From Planctomycetota bacterium (GTDB taxonomy: Bacteria > Planctomycetota > Phycisphaerae > Phycisphaerales > UBA1924), in the NCBI GenBank assembly GCA_024280755.1, contig JAJRPN010000027.1, positions 33,267-97,266 on the forward strand: 64,000 nt of DNA, written 5' to 3'. Position numbers and translations under genes: made by a program. This document shows positions 20,433 to 27,590 of the stretch, piece by piece. How positions within the stretch are numbered: the stretch's first letter is position 1; every line of letters begins with the position of its first letter. The notes below the pieces were generated by a model. That model did no database searches. It saw only the letters and a list, made by a program, of their open reading frames with translations, and was not told where the DNA came from.

Positions 20433-21350
20433 TCAAAGATCCAACTGACGATCACGCCGATCAGATTCGCTCGCGACTCCGATGCAAGCTGCCCAGATTT
20501 CAATATGCTCCTGAAGGGTAGAATTAGTGCGTAATTCATCCTGAATCGCCATTTTGAGCGTCTTGCTCGCTGCGACAAAGGTTGCTCCGGTGGTGCGGAC
20601 ATCATCAATCAGAATGAAAACCCGCTGATCTTGCGCCATGATTTTTTTCATCATCCGTCTGTCTTTGCTCGAAAAGAAAAAAGCATCTTTGATATTTTCT
20701 GCTCTGGCAGTCATCGAAAGCCCAACTTGCTCGGGTCGCCATTGCGATGATAAGGCCTGGTGAACTTGGCAGCCGCTGGTTTGGGCTGCTCCGCGAGCAA
20801 TCACCAGCGTGTGATCGACCCCGCGAGCGATCCGCCGGAATCGGTGCATCGGGATTGGGACCAGCACCGCTTGATCCGGTCGGATCTGGGCATGTTCGAG
20901 TTGAGCGAGGATCGCGTGCCCCAAATGAAGCCCAAGCCCGGTGCCTGTGGGGCGCCAATGGGCAAACTTGAGCGATAGGATCTCTTCGCGGAGCTTGGCG
21001 CCATATTTTCCGAGCCGGATCGCTCGATCCCAATGCAGTTTCTTCTCTCGACAGCTCGCGCACCCTTCGCCATCGCTTTCATACAGCCCGATGCCCGACC
21101 CACAACGCCAGCAATAGTCTGATGTCTCATCGCGGGTCCAACCCGTTTGCATTGCCCATCGATCAAACGCCAACGAGGTTCGTCCAAGCAGGTGCGTTTC
21201 GATGGATTCGATCATTCGGCTCGGGAGCCGAATCTGGATCGGAGCTTTCCTTATGGAACGCTCTGGTTCGGGCTCTTGAGGCGGCCAAGTAAATGCACCC
21301 TGTTGTTTTTGTACGCGGGGCTGCTCGGTTTGCTCGTCAATATGCGACAT
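20433..21350 (-). CDS. comF: ComF family protein (phosphoribosyltransferase domain with N-terminal zinc ribbon)
   Basis: CWRCGSG..CASC ribbon, VPIPMHRFRRIARGVDH, and the PRPP motif VFILIDDVRTTGAT. The start overlaps the mcsB stop by 1 nt (TGATG). Confidence 0.8.
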   Translation of the reverse strand: MSHIDEQTEQPRVQKQQGAFTWPPQEPEPERSIRKAPIQIRLPSRMIESIETHLLGRTSLAFDRWAMQTGWTRDETSDYCWRCGSGIGLYESDGEGCASCREKKLHWDRAIRLGKYGAKLREEILSLKFAHWRPTGTGLGLHLGHAILAQLEHAQIRPDQAVLVPIPMHRFRRIARGVDHTLVIARGAAQTSGCQVHQALSSQWRPEQVGLSMTARAENIKDAFFFSSKDRRMMKKIMAQDQRVFILIDDVRTTGATFVAASKTLKMAIQDELRTNSTLQEHIEIWAACIGVASESDRRDRQLDL

Positions 21351-22504
21351 CAGTGTGGACCGGCGTCTGGGGTCTTGCTTGATGAGCCAAGTGTGGCGCT
21401 GATATGTGCTGCGCGAGCGGCTCGGCGTTGTGATTGGGTCAGCACTTCGTCGAGGATCTTCTGGAGATGGATCGGCTGGGTGCTGAGCAATAAACCATGC
21501 ACCTGCTCGAGCGTGATCCCCTCAAGAATCCCGGTTAACACACCAAGCCGAACAAGGCTCAACAAATCGAGCGCCTCGTCCACCTTGATCAGTTTGGCAT
21601 ATCGAAGCGTGCCCAATGCTCGGGAGATCTGATCTTCGATCAGTTCTTTGCGATTGCTCAATAGGTTTTTGCGAGCATGGCGTTCATATCCAACCACCCG
21701 AGGCACAATTTCGTGTTCCATCTCACGCAACAGCATCTCATCAGATTTGCCCAGCGTGGTCTGGTTCGAGAGCTGATAAAACTCGCCTGAAGACTCAGAG
21801 CCTTCACCATGAAACCCACGAACCGCGAGACCCATGTCGTTGGCTGCTCGCTTGACCTTATCAAGCTCGCCCGTGAGTTTGAGGGCGGGGAGGTGGAGCA
21901 TGACGGAGAGTCTTAGCCCGGTGCCCACATTGGTTGGGCATGCGGTGAGGTATCCAAAGCGGGGGTGATAGGCATAGTCCATGCCCGCTTCGATCATGTC
22001 GTCAAGCTCGTTTGCCTCTGCTAAACAAGCACCAAGTGCTAATCCAGAGTGAATGGTTTGGATACGAAGATGATCTTCTTCGTTGATCATAATGCTTACG
22101 CGTTCATCGGGGACAAGCACCGCGACGCCTCTGGGTTCTTCGAGCCCGCCCTTGCCCGTGCTGAGCTTGCCCTTTGCGTGCTGGCGAGACATCAGTTGAC
22201 GCTCGACAAGCAGGTTCCGATCTTCGCGACCGGCACGGTGCAAATCGATCCACATAAACTGCGACGCCGACCCGGTGGTCATGCCAAGAATACGATGCTT
22301 GCACGCTTCGAGGATCTGCGTTCGATCAATCCGCGATGCCTGAGGCGTAAACGGGAACCCCGCGATATTTCGCGCCAAACGAACACGCGATGACATCACG
22401 ACATCGCTCGATTCGCCCAACCCACGAAGCCACTCGGCACGCTTGGAAAACGCTTGCTCGCGCAGTGGGTTTGATCCTTGAGGCGTATCGTCGGCTGCCT
22501 GCAT
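21350..22504 (-). CDS. mcsB: protein arginine kinase (ATP:guanido phosphotransferase)
   Basis: VMSSRVRLARNIAGFPF, NEEDHLRIQ, GYLTACPTNVGTGLRLSVM. Confidence 0.85.
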   Translation of the reverse strand: MQAADDTPQGSNPLREQAFSKRAEWLRGLGESSDVVMSSRVRLARNIAGFPFTPQASRIDRTQILEACKHRILGMTTGSASQFMWIDLHRAGREDRNLLVERQLMSRQHAKGKLSTGKGGLEEPRGVAVLVPDERVSIMINEEDHLRIQTIHSGLALGACLAEANELDDMIEAGMDYAYHPRFGYLTACPTNVGTGLRLSVMLHLPALKLTGELDKVKRAANDMGLAVRGFHGEGSESSGEFYQLSNQTTLGKSDEMLLREMEHEIVPRVVGYERHARKNLLSNRKELIEDQISRALGTLRYAKLIKVDEALDLLSLVRLGVLTGILEGITLEQVHGLLLSTQPIHLQKILDEVLTQSQRRAARAAHISATLGSSSKTPDAGPH

Positions 22505-22569
22505 CGTTAGGGCTCCAGGGGAGTGGTGGATTCGCCTTCAGTTGAGACAACATCACACAATTGACAACA

Positions 22570-23268
22570 TTAGGAGGAGGCGGGGGCAGAATCAGAAGCG
22601 GAAGAGGTTCGTGCTGGTGATACTTCAACTTGAGACGAGACCTGGGACGATGCCAACGAGGTCAGCCGGGTAAGCTCATCGCGCAACATCGCAGCTTGTT
22701 CATACTCTTCATCATGGATCGATTTGGCCAATCGTCCACGCAACGCTTCAAGCCGCTCTTCTCGCTGGCGGATATCACCCAGAAGCGATTCAATGCGTGA
22801 GGTATCATTGGCTGTTTTGCTCTCGCAAAGTGCTCGCTTGGGCACCTTACCCACATGGCTGCACCCGCCTTCGTGGGCGCGTTCGATCATCGGGCCGATG
22901 CGGTCTTCAAAGGTTTGGTAGCAGCTTGGGCATCCGAGCAAGCCGCTCTTTTTGAACCCGGAAAAACTCAATCCGCATCCGATACACGCGGTGGGGGAGG
23001 TCTTTGTTTTGATCGTAGGGCGAGGCTTGATCGTTTGATCAGCATGGTCGATAAAACCATCGCCTGGTGAAGCGTCTTCATCTGTAATCACCTGCCCCAT
23101 TATATAGCTCGAACTTGAAATAAGTTGGCTAATAGGGATGTAGGGGTCCGAACTGACACCCTGTTCGCGTGCGCACTGCTCGCAAAGGTGCCTCTCGACC
23201 TTTTTCTTGTTTTTGGTGATGATCACTTCGTGGATCGTCGCTTCATATTGACCACATTCACAGAGCAT
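22570..23268 (-). CDS. mcsA: McsA-like activator (two zinc-finger motifs plus a UVR domain)
   Basis: CECG..CEQC and CIGCG..CPSC motifs. UVR-like AIHDEEYEQAAMLRDEL. Sits directly upstream of mcsB. Confidence 0.7.
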   Translation of the reverse strand: MLCECGQYEATIHEVIITKNKKKVERHLCEQCAREQGVSSDPYIPISQLISSSSYIMGQVITDEDASPGDGFIDHADQTIKPRPTIKTKTSPTACIGCGLSFSGFKKSGLLGCPSCYQTFEDRIGPMIERAHEGGCSHVGKVPKRALCESKTANDTSRIESLLGDIRQREERLEALRGRLAKSIHDEEYEQAAMLRDELTRLTSLASSQVSSQVEVSPARTSSASDSAPASS

Positions 23269-23330
23269 CCGTTGCCCTCCAGTATTTCAATCCATTGGCT
23301 GAACCTGCTGAGTATACAGGATTTGCAGCA

Positions 23331-23368
23331 AAAACAAAAGAGCCCACACGCAATGTTGTGGGCTTTTA
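23331..23368 (-). terminator. rho-independent terminator after rpmB
   Basis: AGCCCACA-cgcaatgt-TGTGGGCT stem, extended by A/T pairs. On the minus strand it is followed by CTTTTGTTTT. Confidence 0.6.
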
Positions 23369-23440
23369 ATGGGATATTTTGTAGAGACCGAAATCGCAAA
23401 CACCCTCAAACAAGGGGTAAGTGGTGACTCGGCAGGCCAT

Positions 23441-23737
23441 TTAGCCCTCTGCAGCAGCAAGTTTCTGCTGGCGAGTGTAGCCATATTTCCGCTTGAGTGG
23501 CTTGATCAACAACCCCGAGCGGATCGCATGAGCCGAGGCATAGATACGCTTGGTGCGCTTTGAGCCATCATTGTTGGTGAGCTCAGCGGTGACCTTCTGA
23601 AGGTTTGGCTTAAACTTTCGGCGTGACTTGCCGGTGGTTTGGAGACCAAAACCACCCTTTGAGATCTTGGCACCGCCGTAGGCTTTTCTGTTGCCGTAGG
23701 TTGTCTTTTTTCCGGTGTAGTGGCATTCAAATGGCAT
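23441..23737 (-). CDS. rpmB: 50S ribosomal protein L28
   Basis: The internal ATG at 23737 gives MPFECHYTGKKTTYGNRKA...RRKFKPNLQKV. A GAGG-like SD lies upstream. The longer track ORF is probably an over-extension. Confidence 0.75.
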   Translation of the reverse strand: MPFECHYTGKKTTYGNRKAYGGAKISKGGFGLQTTGKSRRKFKPNLQKVTAELTNNDGSKRTKRIYASAHAIRSGLLIKPLKRKYGYTRQQKLAAAEG

Positions 23738-23960
23738 AGTTCTAACCTCAGTCTGGTCCATAAGGACATATCGGTGCCCACCTTGGGCGTTGGGTCGTGA
23801 TAATAGGCGTGGGAAACGGGAAATCAATAGATCAGCGGAGCAGCAAAGCAGCAAATGGGGAGAAGGATAGATATGAAAGGGGTTTGTTTAGGTAATTTGA
23901 GTTAAACAGGGCACCCGGCGCTGGGGGGGAAAATAGGCGGATTGGCTTTCTGGCAATGAA

Positions 23961-24674
23961 TCAATTCCATTTGGCCTTGTTTTCAATCATTGGAGCTTTG
24001 GAATCATAAAAATTATTTTTGTCAGCAGCGATGCTCAAATTTCTCATGATTTCGCCATGCTGCGATGCCCATGAAGATGCAGTTAACTTGTTGTAGACCC
24101 GCTGGTTTATCTGAAATGTTTTTTTTGCCCCGTCCAGCCATGTAATCTGTTCTGGTGGGAATGACTTTGGCGAAGCATTGTATGCCGTTTCTACGCCTAC
24201 TCCGTATGACCCTGAAACAATGCTATAGCTGAACTGTGACCGTGATGAATCATACGACCATGTGATAGGGATTACCATTGCAAAGTATGTTCCTGCAACC
24301 GAGTTGACGGTAATCACTTTTCCTTGTCCTACAGATTCGAGCAAATAATATCTAGTATTTCCAGCTCTTGATACCCAAACCCCACCCATGTCTCCAATAC
24401 CAACTGCAACTTGATTAAGATCCGCAAAATCTGACCGCCGCCCATTTGAGGCAGTTGAATTGTTCATGCCATAATTGTCCCCGTAACCCATAAAACTATC
24501 CGATGAACCTTGAGGCTCTGGCTCAATCCGCTGTTCTTGAGGTTCATGAGTGATAATTGCCGCGGCTGCCGCAGTAGTGTACAGCATCTCCAACTCTGTA
24601 CATCCAGGCAGAGCCAACAAACTAAAAATGCTTGCGGTCAAGATAGTTACATTGCTTTTGTTATTCATACTCAA
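23961..24674 (-). CDS. putative lipoprotein, unknown function (AT-rich gene)
   Basis: Signal peptide with lipobox LLALPGC. The hand-counted 60-nt line 24001-24060 has 21/60 G+C, far below neighbouring genes. Confidence 0.6.
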   Translation of the reverse strand: MSMNNKSNVTILTASIFSLLALPGCTELEMLYTTAAAAAIITHEPQEQRIEPEPQGSSDSFMGYGDNYGMNNSTASNGRRSDFADLNQVAVGIGDMGGVWVSRAGNTRYYLLESVGQGKVITVNSVAGTYFAMVIPITWSYDSSRSQFSYSIVSGSYGVGVETAYNASPKSFPPEQITWLDGAKKTFQINQRVYNKLTASSWASQHGEIMRNLSIAADKNNFYDSKAPMIENKAKWN

Positions 24675-24895
24675 GTATCCTTCGTGTTGTCGTCATATTC
24701 ACGATTAAGCTATTGAAGCCTCTGACCAGTTCAAAGATTCTACCTTGATACTATAGCCTAAATCAAGTGTGGCCGCAGGGTGCCATGCTGGTGGCGTTTT
24801 CGGCTCGTGCATGTCTTCTCTTGATACCCTCCGCGATCCCCAAGACATATGGAGGAGACTTTTTATCACCTCCATGGCACCCGATCGGTTCTTAT

Positions 24896-25038
24896 CGCCT
24901 CCCCCGGGCTTCCGGGGGAGGTGCCGAACGCAGTGAGGCGGAGGTTTGGTATTTCTTTTCTTGCCGGCTCATGAAGATCAAGAAAAAGCCCCCTCCGTCG
25001 GCTTCGCCGCCACCTCCCCCGGAAGCCCGGGGGAGGCG
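24896..25038. repeat. nested palindromic intergenic element, copy A
   Basis: Terminal hairpins CCTCCCCCGG-GCTT-CCGGGGGAGG at both ends. Inner arms end in GGAGG.../...CCCCCTCC. The whole element is an imperfect palindrome. Confidence 0.8.
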
Positions 25039-25194
25039 TAAGAAAGAAAAGCACTGGCTTTTCTTTCATTGCCTATTGCCGGGTGCCATGCTTACGGCGA
25101 AGCCTTAAGCATGATCTTTGTAGAATCCCTGACAGAAGAACCTGCTTACGCGCAGCTTGAGCAGGGCATCCAGAGAAGACACGGCTTGCCGAAG

Positions 25195-25307
25195 ACGGTC
25201 AAGCCGTGGCACCCATCGGGAAAGAGGAAGCCGTGGCACCCGGCGTAAGAAGGACACCGAGGATGAAGGCACGGGTCAAGCCGTGGCACCCGGCGGGAAA
25301 GAGGAAG
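25195..25307 (+). repeat. direct repeats (36/37-nt units plus one partial unit) carrying TGGCACCC
   Basis: ACGG(G)TCAAGCCGTGGCACCC[ATC/GGC]GGGAAAGAGGAAG at 25195-25230 and 25271-25307. A partial unit AAGCCGTGGCACCCGGCGTAAGAAGGA lies at 25228-25254. Confidence 0.8.
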
Positions 25308-25365
25308 ACACCCCTCCGTCTCGCTTTGCTCGACACCTCCCCGCGGGGCGCAGGGAGGTGCAAGA
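25303..25365. repeat. solo half-copy (one arm) of the palindromic element, copy B
   Basis: 62/63 nt identical to the right arm of copy E (47217-47279). Confidence 0.8.
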
Positions 25366-25463
25366 TTTCAAAACGGCAGCCGCCCGAGGAGCCGGATGAC
25401 TCTTCGGGCGGCGATTATCCTTGGTGGATTTGCCAGTGTGGGTCGTGTCTGATGACAGCCGGT

Positions 25464-26399
25464 TTAGTTGCTCGAAGCGACTGAACCCTCGATTTCGACC
25501 TCTTCCGGGGTGATTTCGATGATGGTTGGTTCGATGTTGAACAACTCGGGTTGGATCTCGAAGTTCTGAACTCGGCCTTCTTGGTCGATGAGGAACTTGG
25601 CTTCATCAGCGTAGTCGCGGTCCTGATCTCGTCCTGCGATCGCTTCGAGGCGAGCACGCTGTTCGGTGCGGATGTTGCTCAGGCGGCTGTTGAGTTGGTC
25701 GAGCGAGTTGGCCTGGAATCGGCTATGGGCATCGATCGTGTCTTGGCGATCTTCCATCATCTCAATGAGACGATCATTTCGAGCAATGGTGTCGATCTGG
25801 GCATCAAGCTGGAAGAGCTTGGCTTGGAACTCTGATTGCTCACCAACAAGGCGTTCGAGCAGATCTGCGAGCTGGGATTCCTGGTCGCTCAGGTAGCCGA
25901 GATCGATGTTGAGATCTTGAGCACGGGTGTTGTAGAGGTTCTGTGTTTGCTCGATTTGCTGACGCTTGGCGTAGGCATCTTCGAGGTCTACAGGCTTGTT
26001 GTTAAAGCTGATCCGTACGATTGCACCCGGATTTGCACTCTGGGTGACGCGTGCCTGGGAAATCTGTGAATCGACCACATTGAGATCGTTGCTTGCGAGT
26101 GCGACAACTTTGGTGGCGATCTGCATTTCGCGCTGAAGCTGGGCGATTTGGGTCTGAACTTCACTCAGATCGGAGCGGACCTCTGCAATTTTGCCTGGGT
26201 ACTGTGCTTCGAGCTTCTTGACCTGTGCCCGGAGCAAGATCGGATCTTCGATGTTGCTGTCGATGACGGAGATGATTCCGCCTCGGGTTTGATTGAACAT
26301 TGCGTGTGCCCGTTGTGGACCTGCGACCGCAACAAGGACACCACCGGCGAGGGCGGTGATCACGACGCCGCGTACTACTGTTTTACCAATGCATCCCAT
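25464..26399 (-). CDS. membrane-anchored coiled-coil protein, unknown function
   Basis: The ATG at 26399 gives MGCIGKTVVRGVVITALAGGVLVAVAG (TM helix). Long heptad-like Q/E/L-rich sequence follows. The track start at 26561 is probably an over-extension. Confidence 0.55.
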   Translation of the reverse strand: MGCIGKTVVRGVVITALAGGVLVAVAGPQRAHAMFNQTRGGIISVIDSNIEDPILLRAQVKKLEAQYPGKIAEVRSDLSEVQTQIAQLQREMQIATKVVALASNDLNVVDSQISQARVTQSANPGAIVRISFNNKPVDLEDAYAKRQQIEQTQNLYNTRAQDLNIDLGYLSDQESQLADLLERLVGEQSEFQAKLFQLDAQIDTIARNDRLIEMMEDRQDTIDAHSRFQANSLDQLNSRLSNIRTEQRARLEAIAGRDQDRDYADEAKFLIDQEGRVQNFEIQPELFNIEPTIIEITPEEVEIEGSVASSN

Positions 26400-26768
26400 T
26401 GTATTTCTCCAAACTAGATGTCGATCTTCCTGAGCATCGACTGGGTTTTGTGTTCCCGATCGAAGTGGATCGGGGTTGGTTTCGTGTGTGTCAAGCGGGT
26501 GCTCGACACCTGATATCTGGGAATCTGGGTTGTTGAATTTCATCGTCAGCCAGAAAAACACAAGAAAATCATCTCCAATGGGGCAACTGTGTGTTCTCGG
26601 ACAGTCAAAATTCGCTTTTATGCACCCTTAGACGGGATATTCGGGTATCCTGATAGGAGGCGTTCATATGAAACTCGGACGCGGAATTTCCTAAGAATGC
26701 TGATCCCGCTGCCGGTCTCGCTGGTAGAACGGATGTCCGGTCTCAAGTGTTTCGATGAAAGAGGGTCC

Positions 26769-27554
26769 ATGCTTACCAATATGACGACTAGTTTTATCGC
26801 CCGGTTGCGTGCCAACGACGAAGCCGCCTGGTTTGAACTCTGGGAAACCTTCGGGCCGGTAATTCGCATCCAGCTTTCGCGCTGGGGGCGTGGGCGCATC
26901 GGGGTCGAGACTGTGCGGGATCTTTCGCAAGAAACACTCGCAGCGTTGTCGAACTCTATAGATAGGTATGACCCTGCGCGCGGGGCTCGTTTCTCGACCT
27001 GGTTGTTGGCGATCGCCAAGCATGTGCTGGGCGATGAGATTGATCGAAGGATGGCCCTCAAACGCGGCGGGGGCAAAGCCAACGCGCAGTTTGATGAGAC
27101 TTGGATGAAAGCAGATGCGACCCAAGGCGTCGATGAAATCTACGAGGCCTCCATCTTCTGTGCCAAGGTCGAAGCAGCGATTAAAATGGTCGAGCGAGAG
27201 ACCGATTTTACGGACTTTACGATCTATCGGATGCGTGTGCTTGATGGGCAATCTGGTAAAGAGGTTGCGGTGGCGATCGGGGTGTCTGAGCCAACGATTA
27301 GTCGACGGCTGGCCAAGGTCCGAGGCGTATTACGGGTTCGTCTGAGCGAGGTCATCGCGACTTATTCGTTTACATCTGATGAACTGTCCGAAGCGGAGCG
27401 AAATGGATTGACGCTGAATCCCAAGAATGAGGGCAGCGGGGAGGTCGGCCCTGCGGATAAAGCCGCCGATGTCATGTTTGATGACGCGATCGCGGAAATC
27501 TACCACCGGCAAATGTTGCTGCGAGCCGAGGATGAACAAGCCCTTTTGGGTTGA
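26769..27554 (+). CDS. ECF-type RNA polymerase sigma factor with C-terminal extension
   Basis: Region 2: VRDLSQETLAALSNSIDRYDPARGARFSTWLLAIAKH. Region 4 HTH: GQSGKEVAVAIGVSEPTISRRLAKVRGVLR. About 70 aa follow region 4. The start was chosen at the ATG at 26769. Confidence 0.8.
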   Translation: MLTNMTTSFIARLRANDEAAWFELWETFGPVIRIQLSRWGRGRIGVETVRDLSQETLAALSNSIDRYDPARGARFSTWLLAIAKHVLGDEIDRRMALKRGGGKANAQFDETWMKADATQGVDEIYEASIFCAKVEAAIKMVERETDFTDFTIYRMRVLDGQSGKEVAVAIGVSEPTISRRLAKVRGVLRVRLSEVIATYSFTSDELSEAERNGLTLNPKNEGSGEVGPADKAADVMFDDAIAEIYHRQMLLRAEDEQALLG

Positions 27555-27590
27555 TCACCATCGGTAACCAGCCAACAGGGGCAGAGGATT

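Noticed and set aside
25197-25282. GGTCAAG repeats as CtsR operators for the nearby mcsAB genes
   Set aside because: The CtsR box is a tandem A/GGTCAAA heptad with 3-nt spacing. Here the two GGTCAAG copies are 77 nt apart, lie more than 1.9 kb from mcsA, and have other genes in between.
24778-25291. TGGCACCC motifs as sigma-54 (-24/-12) promoters
   Set aside because: Sigma-54 promoters need TGGCAC-N5-TTGC. I checked all six occurrences in the appropriate orientation and none has TTGC (or even GC) at the -12 position. The bases found there are GGGA, GTAA, CGGT, AATA and GGCC.
25195-25307. Direct repeats as a small CRISPR array
   Set aside because: There are only two full units and one partial unit. 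The units are contiguous or overlapping rather than separated by unique spacers of regular length. No cas genes are in the window.
24767-25399. ORFs translating the palindromic and repeat elements (24767-25108, 25157-25399, also 31179-31787, 40619-40864, 47015-47326)
   Set aside because: Their only long conserved parts are the repeat arms, read in either orientation (PPGSPGEVP, RRRG...). They have no start context and cross intergenic palindromes.
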